Below are positions 1-14,440 of a DNA stretch of 64,000 bases, in pieces (position 1 is the first letter of the stretch; each line of letters begins with the position of its first letter). The notes below the pieces were generated by a model. The model made no database searches and was not told the origin of the DNA. It saw nothing but the letters and a program-made list of their open reading frames with translations. The stretch lies in the NCBI GenBank assembly GCA_964016885.1, contig OZ024754.1:1860001-1924000 (forward strand). Reading direction: 5' to 3'. The stretch is from Eledone cirrhosa (Eukaryota). The translations under genes were made by a program, and so were the position numbers.

Positions 1-38
<38 letters not shown>

Positions 39-136
39 CATATATATATCACGATAAATTAACGGAGGCATAGGCCCTCGCTATTCCCTGTAAATAATGT
101 GCTCAAAGGAGAAGAGATCCTGAGCTCTTAAAAATA

Positions 137-289
137 CAATATGTTTAAAAGGTAACACACCAGAGAGAGAGAGAGATACAGTGCGTTATCAATAAAACAG
201 GTGGTTTTATTCCGTGTTTTTTTCCCTGTTTTATTGATAATGCACTGTATCTCTCTCTCTCTCTGGTGTGTTACCTTTTCAACATATTG
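137..289. repeat. Long inverted repeat (about 65-bp arms) in an island between (AT)n tracts
   Basis: 137-201 is the reverse complement of 225-289 with 2 mismatches; 23-nt loop. Confidence 0.9.
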
Positions 290-291
290 CA

Positions 292-323
<32 letters not shown>

Positions 324-324
<1 letters not shown>

Positions 325-461
325 ACAAAGGGATTGTGGTAAGGAACCAGATGGACCATAACGCACCAGAGTACTCAATACTTAGGGTAATAGAGTGGGA
401 AATAGGAAAAAGTATGACCCCGTCGAAACGGCTTGAGCTGTGCCGTCGGGCCATACTCATT

Positions 462-465
<4 letters not shown>
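324..465 (-). mobile_element. (AT)n-embedded repeat family X, copy 1, with inverted hammerhead 3' half
   Basis: Homologous to 27323-27400, 31743-31951 and 31986-32150. GAAA-CGGCT-TGAGCTG-TGCCG-TC at 425-447. Imperfect fold-back 403-420/448-465. Flanked by (AT)n on both sides. Confidence 0.75.
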
Positions 466-505
<40 letters not shown>

Positions 506-1201
506 GGGAGATGGTATAAATCCGACCGCGACGCCAATACTTTTTGGGTTGTAATCAGCAAACCTTTTCAAGTATGAAAACAGAACGCAAAAGGCCACAG
601 CACTATGCTGCGATGCTTGTTGTCCAAATATCTTTGCAAAGAAGCACATTTAATAAGGGCAATACTTTGGAAAGATTGGGAATTTAATATTTCGTTTGGT
701 GTTCTTACACTATTGGCCACGACTATATTTTGAACAGATCAGGCAATCATACAGATGTTTCAATGTAGTTCTCTACATATATATTGTATGTATCGTGTTG
801 AGGTGGTAGTTACAACTTTTACTGAATGCAAATTCGCAGATTACATATCATTAGTATGTTTTCAATTAATTATTTACATTAATTTTCTAATTACAATGTA
901 ATTTCCTTGAAATGTATTATATTTAAATTGTAATCATGGGCAACACACAGGTATATATTAAGACAGTTCTCCAGAAACATTCACACATAGCAAAGCTTAG
1001 ATTTCTGTCTGATTAAGATAGATGAATATGTAAAGAACCATCCAGTTGTAAAGTGAAGATTAATCAAGTATACGTTGTCGAGATTAACATAATCTCTCAG
1101 TTCTATGAATATTTGTATCAGTAAGACGAATTTAGATATATTATAATGTACAATTCAAAAGATATTAGTGCAACATTTCTCCCTCCTTTTCTATGACGTA
1201 G

Positions 1202-1520
1202 ACGTCAGCGGGCAATATTGAAATGTTTGAGCCAACACATAATTGTGAGTGTAGTCGCTGGAACTGTGGCCAGTAACACCAATATCTCACGCAAGTCCTA
1301 CACCCGTAAAGAGAGAAATGAGATAGAATATGACGAGGTAATAGATAGTATATGTCTGGAAATCGACAACCGAAAAAGCATTTCCGCAGCCAATGAACAG
1401 CGACACTCGCTACAAATAGCCACCCGACCCCACGAGGCTCCTTCTCCAGACGGGCATCTGACGTTCCGATCTTACGGAGGTGCTCATCAGTACGGAATCC
1501 GAGTACGCTTGAGTGTATGA
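1202..1520 (+). CDS. Possible exon of an unidentified host gene
   Basis: Polypyrimidine tract plus AG at 1200-1201, then a non-repetitive, GC-richer frame open for about 105 codons to TGA. Donor-like GTGAGT (1245) and GTAATA (1338) also present. No recognisable domain. Confidence 0.25.
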
Positions 1521-1907
1521 CAACGACCGGTTCGAATGCACTCGTCATTGAGGCATTACTCCAACCAGCATAGATTATAAATATTCTATTTCTCTCAGTT
1601 TAGTAATCTAACATAACATGCAATTAATATGAGATAAAATATAGGGGAATAGCAATGAAGAAGTAGGAAAACGAAAAGAAAGAATCCGAGAATTAATACA
1701 TCGACTTAAATCATCACTATCGTCAAATAAATTTGTTCTTTTATATAAATACTCATGTTGTTGTCTTTCTCGTTTCGGAGGCTGTTTTACTCTTGGCTCC
1801 ACTAGAAAATATTTTCAATTTTAATTACCATTTCCAACGTCTAATAATGAGTTGAGACGTTTAATGCATATACATACATATATACATACACATATACATA
1901 GACACAT

Positions 1908-1938
<31 letters not shown>

Positions 1939-1953
1939 GACACATATATATAC

Positions 1954-1988
<35 letters not shown>

Positions 1989-2070
1989 TGTATAATTGTG
2001 TGTATACAAATATGTATATAAACATATGAATATATATTTATATCTTTATGCAAGAATGTATGCCGATTTG

Positions 2071-2116
<46 letters not shown>

Positions 2117-2121
2117 TATAA

Positions 2122-2153
<32 letters not shown>

Positions 2154-2526
2154 GCATATAAATATATATATATATATATATGCATATAAATATGTATATA
2201 TATATATATATGCATATAAATATGTATTTATATATTTATATATAAAATGCATGTGTGTGTGTGCGTGCGTGTGTTGGAATCCCTTGATTAATTAAATTTC
2301 CAGCCATTGTTAGATAATTATAAAATCATTCACTACAAAAGCCACATGAACAATTCCTTTTATTGTCTTCTCCATGGAGCAGTACAAAGAATGGCGCCAA
2401 ATTATTGATTGTATGATTCTACCATTCAATTGTGCCTGTTAATCTTTAATCCACTTTTGAATTTATTAAATTTTGCAATTTTTTCCCTATGTGTCTCCCT
2501 AAATATGGAAAGAAGTGTAATATAAT

Positions 2527-2590
<64 letters not shown>

Positions 2591-2603
2591 TATGAATGTA
2601 TTA

Positions 2604-2700
<97 letters not shown>

Positions 2701-3104
2701 GTGTGTGTATGAATATATATATGTATATATAATCTTGGAAATTATGCATAAATATTCGTGGTTATATTTGTATCTATTCAGTCGTATATCATCTCTCTCT
2801 CCCCTCGCGCTCTCTCTCCCCCTCTAAGACTCAGTCTCTCTCTCATTCTTTCTCTTCTACAGACTAAATCAATTTCTTCCGCTCTTTTAACATGTACTTT
2901 ACTGTGATTTCTCCTGCTTTCCGTTTTATATTAATTTCTAACACTATTAATCTATTCCACACACACACTCTCTCTCTCTCTCTCTCTGTCTTTATCGGTT
3001 TCAATTTCTCTCTCTATATATGTATGTGTATATATATATATATTTGTGTACATATATATGCATATATATATATGTGTACATATATATGCATATATATATA
3101 TATA

Positions 3105-3240
3105 TGTAGAAGTTATATTTAATTTGTTGGGATACAACAAGCAAATATTTTTATAACTGATATAAAGCACTCAACATTTTTTTTGTATAATGAAATAAAT
3201 ATGGTTTTATAAATATAGTTTCCATTTGTTAATATATTGT
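3105..3240. mobile_element. Rearranged partial copy of the 6399-6710 element (family Z)
   Basis: 3184-3240 matches 6565-6621 directly; 3105-3180 is the reverse complement of about 6635-6710; flanked by (AT)n. Confidence 0.8.
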
Positions 3241-6233
<2,993 letters not shown>

Positions 6234-6280
6234 ATATTGTTATACTTTGGGAGGGTCATGTTGCCAAAGTATAACAATAT
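6234..6280. repeat. 17-bp perfect inverted repeat at the edge of an (AT)n-embedded island
   Basis: atattgttatactttgg (6234-6250) / ccaaagtataacaatat (6264-6280). Confidence 0.85.
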
Positions 6281-6334
6281 CGGTTTCAACACACGATTTC
6301 AGATAAAGAATCTTGCTAAACAAATTCAGAAACG

Positions 6335-6398
<64 letters not shown>

Positions 6399-6400
<2 letters not shown>

Positions 6401-6710
6401 CGTAACTATTGTACAATGAAGTTTCCTCCAAATTAAATATAATATAGATAAAATATAATATAGATCAGTTTTATAAACAAATATTGACAAATTTATAAAA
6501 CTGATCTATATTATATTTTATCTGATGAAAGCGCACCATAATTTGCTGTGGTGTCCTTTAAATATGTATAATGAAATAAATATGGTTTTATAAATATAGT
6601 TTCCATTTATTAATATATTGTATTTTTACTCCAAAAATTTGTTGAATGCTTTATATCAGTTATAAAAATATTTGCTTGTTGTATCCCAACAAATTAAATA
6701 GAAATTTTGC
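6399..6710 (+). mobile_element. Family Z element: 32-bp fold-back, degenerate hammerhead, and 3' tail ending in (AT)n
   Basis: Perfect inverted repeat 6446-6477/6492-6523; hammerhead motif 6514-6578; partial second copy at 3105-3240. Confidence 0.65.
6514..6578 (+). ncRNA. Type I hammerhead ribozyme motif, probably inactive (GAAA changed to TAAA)
   Basis: tattttat-CTGATGA-stem II (6529-6540/6547-6558, 11/12 paired)-TAAA-tatgta-TA-atgaaata; same architecture as 21486-21553. Confidence 0.7.
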
Positions 6711-6800
<90 letters not shown>

Positions 6801-7957
6801 TCGTTAGTGTTATAGCAAGCTAATTATATCAACACTGAGGCTCTTGACGTTGTTGCTTGTAATATGTAAGGGTCATGCACTGAAGCGAATACACTTTATA
6901 GATTGTGTCGATAGACAAGTCACATCACCCTTCAATAGGAATGTAGCCACGAAGACGGCAATCGCTGGTCTTTAGATGCTCTACTACAATTGCATTAATT
7001 GGTAATCATAAGCAAACAATTATAATATGTTCATGTGGAGTAAGCGTGTAGACACATCTATTTCAGTTGGGCTTTGTTTTCTTTGTTCTTTTCTTTCACA
7101 TCCCTCACCCCCCCCCCTTTTGAAGTAATCCAATAGATCAGATCCCTCTACAGTTTGACTCCTCTCTCTATTCCCCCTTTCTCGTATTTTCCTAAGATTC
7201 CCTGTTATTCAGAGAAAGCAGCTTTATAGCTTTATGAATGTGCAGCTCTCTTGCAAAATGTTTCCTTCTCTCTCACTCCCTCTAATGCACATTCGCACCA
7301 TCTATCTATCTATCTATATATATATTATATTTATCTATCTACACACACACATATATATATATGCATATATACAAGCGTGAACCAATATCTAGGCCTCTTC
7401 GGATTTTAGTCTTCACATTATTATTATTACTATATATATATGTATATAAATATATATATATATATATATTAAATTGAATTAAATTAGTACCTTCGCTGGA
7501 ACTTTGACTACTTCACATAGTCTAATAGTAATAGGGTGTATAACACTGCATATAGGTCCCTAGAGTGGAACAAATGGCCATTATGCATTTATACAGATAA
7601 ACATGAGAATATGTTCTATGTCTGCCCTTCCATTAAGTGTGTATATCTAGGTACCTATGCACCTATGTATATATTAAGCATGTGTTCACTTAAATATGTA
7701 AACTAAATACCATGTTTGGTTTGGTTTTTACTAAACTCAGTGTGTAAATGTCACGCAGTACCATGTAGTGTTGATCTATCAGTTATATAATTGATTTAAC
7801 TAGAATAAGTAATTATGTAAAAACTATAATCTGCACTATAGAAATCGAGGTTCAAGCATGTGCAGGTTAAAATGAGTAAAATATTTTAAACAATGTTTAA
7901 ATTGTTTACACTTTACACACAGAATGTTTCAACGAATTAATAGTGACTTAAAAACAT

Positions 7958-8140
7958 AATTGTTTCTACTTTTGGCACAAGGCCAGCAATTACCCAGTGC
8001 ATTACTGGTACTTTATTTTATCGACCACGTAAGGATGAAAGGCAAAGTTAACCTCGGCGGGATTTGAACTCAGAATGGCAAGGGCCGTAACTCTATGTGT
8101 CAAAGCATGGCGTCAGTACCTGTACCGATACTGCCAATTC
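7958..8140 (-). mobile_element. tRNA-derived SINE (family A)
   Basis: On the minus strand: box A TGGCAGTATCGG, box B GAGTTCAAATCC, central GCCTTTCATCCTTAC..GTCGATAAAATAAAGTACCAG, tail GGCCTTGTGCCAAAAGTAGAAACAATT; many copies in window. Confidence 0.9.
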
Positions 8141-8312
8141 AATATAATGAAATGAAATCAATTAGAGTAATGCTTATCTTGTAATAAAATTAACAAATCT
8201 CAATTATATATTTGAAGACACCATATTAAGTTTCACTAGGTTAATATCAGGCTTTTGTCAAACTTCACTCGATATTTCAGACCGTGTATTTAAAGTTAGG
8301 ATTCGCTATAAT

Positions 8313-8494
8313 AATTGTTTCTACTTTTGGCACAAGGCCAGCAATTATCCCAATACATTACTGGTACTTTATTTTATCGACCCCGTAAGGATGGAAGGCA
8401 AAGTTAAACTCGGCAGGATTTGAACTCAGATCGTAAAGGGACGTAACAATGCTGGAAATCATGTCCGACCCTCTACCGATACTGCCAATTCACC
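8313..8494 (-). mobile_element. tRNA-derived SINE (family A)
   Basis: Same motifs as 7958-8140. Confidence 0.9.
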
Positions 8495-9149
8495 CATAAC
8501 AATATACTAATTGATACCATGAACCAGCTAAAAGAGTTCTCTCTGCAGCAATGGGCTTCTTTATATTAACCTTTTCCCCTGTTCTATTATCAGCAAGGTG
8601 TAGAAAAATAACACGATGTTTCGCAAATATCATAATGGCCTTTTTATCCGATAGAAGAAACATGATTCTTACTATATGGATGTCGAGTTTTCAGCAGTCA
8701 TTTTTTCTTTCTCTCTAACATTAACAAATACATTTCACCATCTTGTCTCTTTTACAAAATGCACTCTGGTTATATAACAGAAATGGTTTCATTGGCTTCC
8801 GTGTAATTATATTCTTTTAAATTGGTAATTGAATATTTCTGTGTATTCAGCCGTGCCTCAAAAGTGTGTTGTCAAATATATTATATTATATTACATCATA
8901 TTATATTATATATCTCTCTCCCTCTACTTCTCTTTCTCTCTACCCCCTCTCTCTCTCTCTGTCTTCATATATATATATATGAGATTATAGATATGATATA
9001 CCCGTTAGAATCATGCACTTCATGTCTATAAACTCACTTGTATACTTCGTCGAGTGCTCTACCCACCATACTGAAGTGTCGCTGATATACTAACACAAAC
9101 TCTCATTAATATTATATATATATATATGTAAAAGTATATATATGTAAAA

Positions 9150-9211
<62 letters not shown>

Positions 9212-9256
9212 ATATATGTATTTATATATATATATATATATATATTTATATTTATT

Positions 9257-9335
<79 letters not shown>

Positions 9336-9698
9336 TTATATATATATGAGAGACAGACATATAGTCAGACAAACAAGGCGAGATGGTGAAACAATATTCC
9401 TGATTCAAAGAACTGATTACGACTACTTCATTTTGTTTTCTCCTGTACTCTGCCAAATCTCTCCTCACCAGGTTAAAGTAGGGCTACTATATTAAACACT
9501 AAACAATGAAGACACAGAAGTATAGATAGACGGATTGATAGATATGGTCTAGCTATGGTGATAGGACGCGGGAGAGACTGTTAGCTAGACATATAGATTA
9601 ATAAATAGATTTGGAGGTAATGAGATAAATATAATGATTGATTATTAGATAGGGGCGAAATGAGACTGAAATTTACGCTACCTGTTCGGAATATCGAC

Positions 9699-9784
<86 letters not shown>

Positions 9785-9943
9785 GTTGTGTGTGTGTATG
9801 TATTTATATATACATATATATACATGTAGATACATACATATACGTATATACATACATACATACATATACATATATATTTATATATAACTCTCATTCTACC
9901 TGACGCTCAACTTCTCCTAATCCCTCGCTCTATGTTTATATAT

Positions 9944-10057
9944 AATTGTTTCTACTATTGGCACAAGGCCAGCAATCACCCAGTACATTACTGGTACTTT
10001 ATTTTATCGACCCCGTAAGGATGAAAGGCAAAGTTAACCTCGGCGGGATTTGAACTC
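9944..10057 (-). mobile_element. 5'-truncated SINE A with 17-bp TSD
   Basis: ctctatgtttatatata at 9928-9944 and 10055-10071. Confidence 0.9.
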
Positions 10058-10367
10058 TATGTTTATATATAGTAAACAGAAATAAGACTGGTTATAGGTA
10101 ATTTAAGCAGTGAGTATGTCACAGCTTCCTCAGTCCGAGTGTGAAAGGTAACTGAAGATAATTTCATATCCTAAGACCCTAGTTGTTCGCGGTCACACAC
10201 ACCTAATGAGGTAATATTGATATAACCCCATATTAGATTACAAATAGCAAGAACTATTTATGTCTATGGTATATCAGACATGTTGCATATGCTTCCATAT
10301 ATACACTAACAGCGTATATATGAATTATGATTCACGCTATATTAGTGCTACGTTTAAAGTCAATATA

Positions 10368-10538
10368 TCGTATTTCCCGGCGTCGAAGAGGCTATTTTTT
10401 TCCTAAAATAAGTCTGAGAAATCTACCATGCGTCTCGGAGGTCCAAGGTTGTTCATTTTTTTTTTTTTTCATATTTTTGCTTGTCAAAATTAGGGTGCAT
10501 CTATGAGGACGAAGCGTCTTCGGCGCCGGGAAATACGG
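10368..10538. mobile_element. MITE, Tc1/mariner-pogo type (about 25-bp TIRs, TA TSD)
   Basis: Left tcgtatttcccggcgtcgaagaggc versus reverse complement of right end ccgtatttcccggcgccgaagacgc; TA on both sides. Confidence 0.85.
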
Positions 10539-10701
10539 TATTTTAAATCGTACAGTTTGTAAAGTATATTTCTTCCACATCTCTGCGATCAAGGTAGTTA
10601 AGTAAAGCATGTATCTAATACCACAGTTTAACAACAGACCGCGTATTCACGTATTCCTCATTGGATCTTTCTCTAGAATATTGGATATATTATTATTATT
10701 A

Positions 10702-10865
10702 TAATAATAATAATAATGAAATTATTGTGTACAGTGCTCAGGTGCACTACAACTCATCAAAGGTGCATGTATAGTACATAGAATAATATGCAAATGTCAG
10801 TGAAGTGACTAGTGTATGAGTCATCATATACATGTGTGGGTGGATATGGAGGGGGAATATTAGGT
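10702..10865 (-). mobile_element. Retroposon 3' end with (ATT)n tail
   Basis: Inverted homolog of 11043-11198. Confidence 0.7.
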
Positions 10866-10974
10866 GGAGTAATATTTTGGTAATACCTGTCAGAATACAC
10901 GTGTATCTTCTATATTATTTCCTTCTAATTGTATTTACGTAAAAAAAAGATACGCTTGTGAGGAACGTGTTAAG

Positions 10975-11198
10975 TTTGTAGGCTGAGACATTGCATCCTT
11001 TAAAACCCTCATGCTTCCCGAAATTCGTCAAAACTACACCGGATGTCCCCCTTCCATACACATGCACGCATGTGTATATCATGACTCATGCACTGTTCAT
11101 TTTCCTGAATTTTCTGCATTACCCTATGTACTATACATACACTTTTGATGAGTTGTAGTGCACCTGAGCACTGTACACAATATTTTCATTATTATTAT
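10975..11198 (+). mobile_element. Retroposon (LINE-like) 3' end with (ATT)n tail
   Basis: ttgatgagttgtagtgcacctgagcactgtacacaata..ttcattattatt shared with 10702-10865. Confidence 0.7.
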
Positions 11199-11389
11199 TT
11201 TAAACCTTCTAGGAAGTCGCTAACATGATTAGAATGTTCGAATCAATTAGTCTAGCTCTAGCAAACCGCAAAATTAGTCTCGGAATTTCGTCCATGTGGT
11301 AATTACGTTGTAGAACAATTCTGAGTATTAAAGACACGAAATATCTACATCGTATCTTAGTTTCATAATCTCCAAACATGTAGAATGTC

Positions 11390-12050
11390 AATGATGATGA
11401 TGATGTTGATGTTGATGGTGATGATGATGGTGATGTTGATGGTGATGTTGATGGTGATGTTGATGGTGATGTTGATGATGATGATAGCATATGATAATGA
11501 TGATGTTGATGATGATGATAGTATATGATAATGATGATGATGGTGGTGATGGTGATGATGAGGAGGATGATAGTATGTGATAATGATGATGATGATAATA
11601 ATGATGATGATGATGATGACGGTGATGATGGTAGTGGTGTTGGGGGGGGGATAATAACAATAACGTTGATTGTAACAACAACAACAACAACAACAACACT
11701 AATGATAAAAATAATAATGCTAATGATTGTTACAATAACAACAACAATAATAATGTTGATACTACCACTACTACTACTACCACTACCACTACTACCACTA
11801 CCACTACCACCATTACTACTACCACTACTACTACTACTACTACCACCACTATTACTACTACCACCATCACCACTACTACTACCACTACTACTACTACTAC
11901 CATCACCACCAACCATCACCACCAACCACCACTACTACCATCACCACCAACCACCACTACCACTACCACCACCACCACCACTACTACTACCACACTACTA
12001 CTACTACTATACTACTACTAATAATAATAATAGTAATGATAATAATAATC
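11390..12050. repeat. Compound trinucleotide repeats (GAT/AAC/ACT/ACC/AAT)
   Basis: Directly visible. Confidence 0.95.
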
Positions 12051-12189
12051 ACATTTACGGCATCAAGAACAACAAACAAGCTTAGTTGGATGTGAGCTTG
12101 GACTAATTGGCAATTAAAAATATCTAATTAGTAAGTCAAGTAAAAACGTTTGATTGAACTGCACACAGTGACGTTTGAGTGGTTATAGA

Positions 12190-12535
12190 GGAAAGGATGG
12201 AGAGAGAGAGAGAGTGAGTGATATACACATTACTAGACAGTGAATTACTGGGAGGCAGAGAGAGAGAGGCAGAGAGAGAGAGAGACAGAGAGAGGTGTGT
12301 GTGTGTGTGTGAGAGATAGAAGGGGAGAGAGAGATGGAGAGCGAGAGAGTAAGGTATCATGAAATACTGGGAGGGAGGGAGAGAGGAAGAGAGAGGGGTA
12401 GAGAAAGAGAGGTAGTGAGAGAGAGAGAGAGAGAGAGAGATAGTTAGTGAGTAAGGGAGAGAGAGAGACATGGAGTGAGCAGAAGAGAGATGATATATAT
12501 ATATAGAGAGAGAGTCGGTTAGTGTCTAAGAGAGT

Positions 12536-12579
<44 letters not shown>

Positions 12580-13080
12580 CGGAGAACGAGTTAGTGAATA
12601 AGAGGGAGAGAGAGAGAGTGAGAGAGACAGGGAGTGAGCGAAATAGAGATATACAGAGAGTGTGTGAGAGAGGGAGAGAAAAATAGAGAGTGACTAAGAG
12701 AGAGAGAGAAAGACCAATACAGAGAGTGAGTAAGAGAGAGAGAGAGAGAGAGAGAGAGCAATGTAGAGAATGAGAGAATGTGTGAGAATGAACAGATTGT
12801 GTGTCTAAGTCTTTCACTTCTTTTCATTCCCCCTCTTATCTCTCTCCCCTCTACCAATCTCTCTATCAACTTCTCTATCTCTCTCTCTCTATTAATCTCT
12901 CTTCCTCCCCCCTCTCTCTCAACTCTCCCCTCCTATCTCTATCTCACTCTCTCTCTATCAATCTCTCCCCCTCCCCTCTCTCTCCCTCACTCCCTCTCTC
13001 TACCAATCTTTCTCTATCTCTCTCTCTATCAATCTCCCCCCGCTCTCTCCATCTCTCTCTCTAAATCCTCTCCACTCACT
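12190..13080. repeat. Degenerate (GA)n tract followed by a (CT)n tract
   Basis: Purine-rich 12190-12790, pyrimidine-rich 12810-13080. Confidence 0.9.
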
Positions 13081-13535
13081 TTGTGAATGGTTGTCTTGTG
13101 TTGGTTGTGTGATGATTAACAACAGAACAATCAATACGGCCTGCCACTAAGATTAATTACTTGTAGAAACGTCGAGCTAATTAACCACTGTAATGTTTAT
13201 TTGTCCTCTCTCCTGTCCCTCCCTCCCTCTCTCTCATTCTGTTTAATGTATCCCACAATTCAATAGGCTTGAACTATGAGTACTCTCTGATGTGTCTTAG
13301 AAAATGTCTGCCTACCAACAAAATACTTTAGTTTGTAAGATTGAAATTAGTTTTTGGTCTGTTTAACTAAAACGTGAAAGCAATTATAAAACACACACAT
13401 ACACACATATACATATACACATATAAACACAACATACACACTTGGACAAAAACTGAGTACATACATATAAAAGCAACATACACAAGCATATGTCTATAAC
13501 GTATTAATTTGTGCTGGAAAGGCTATTCACACACT

Positions 13536-13577
<42 letters not shown>

Positions 13578-13713
13578 AGGTGTTGTTGAGGGTGGTGTAT
13601 GTATGTGTTCATGTCCAATAAATTAACAAAATCGATAAAAAGTTGAGAAATCGAATGCTATGCAATATTTGTTTATATAAATATGACAACATTTCTCTAT
13701 CTTAATACTTTAA

Positions 13714-13900
13714 GGGCGGTGAAGTGGCAGTATCAGTAGAGGGTCGGACGCCATGCTTTCCAGCATAGTTACGTCCCTTTACGGTCTGAGTTCAAATCCC
13801 GTCGAGGTTAACTTTGCCTTTCATCCTTACGGGGTCGATAAAATAAAGTACCAGTAATGTACTGGGTTATTGCTGGACTTGTGCCAAAAGTAGAAACAAC
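13714..13900 (+). mobile_element. Full-length SINE A with degenerate 16-bp TSD
   Basis: GGCGGTGAAGTGGCAG 5' end, boxes A and B; ctatcttaatacttta (13697-13712) / ctatcttacgacttta (13900-13915). Confidence 0.9.
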
Positions 13901-13934
13901 TATCTTACGACTTTATCTTTTATTTCTCATTCTA

Positions 13935-13970
13935 TCTTCTGATGAAGAACCAATGTCCGAAACGTCGTGC
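13935..13970 (+). ncRNA. Minimal hammerhead-like motif (family Y, degenerate stem I)
   Basis: CTGATGA-A-GAAC-caat-GTCC-GAAA-CG-TC; homologous to 58630-58665 on the minus strand. Confidence 0.55.
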
Positions 13971-14062
13971 CACGTTTCCTATTATATAAAGCGTTAAACT
14001 AATATATTTCTTCATTGTACTGTATTGTTTTCTTTGCTTTTATACAACATAAGGCATTATAC

Positions 14063-14239
14063 TGGCAGTATCGGTGGAGGGTCGGACATGTATTCCAGTA
14101 TAGTTACGTCCCTTTACGGTCTGAGTACAAATCCCGCCGAGGTTAACTTTGCCTTTCATCCTTACGTGGTCGATAAAATGAAGTACCAGTAATACACAGG
14201 GATAATTGCTGGCCTTGTGCCAAAAGTAGAAACAATTAT
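14063..14239 (+). mobile_element. SINE A
   Basis: Same motifs as other copies. Confidence 0.9.
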
Positions 14240-14357
14240 CATGCGAATCCTAACTTTAAATACAAGGTCTGAAATATCGATTTCTACCTTCAGTATTGTG
14301 TAGACATCTGTCCAGTAATACCAAGGGAAGTTTGACAAAAGCCTGATATTAATCTAT

Positions 14358-14440
14358 TCCATTCTTACAGGGCCGATAAAATAAAGTACCAGTAATGTAC
14401 TGGTTAATTGTTGGCCTTGTGCCAAAAGTAGAATCAATTA
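14358..14440 (+). mobile_element. SINE A 3' fragment
   Basis: gataaaataaagtaccagtaatgtactgg..ggccttgtgccaaaagtagaa. Confidence 0.85.

Noticed and set aside
1455-1495. CTGATGAG...GGAACGTC on the minus strand
   Set aside because: No stem II pairing and no GAAA; not called as a hammerhead.
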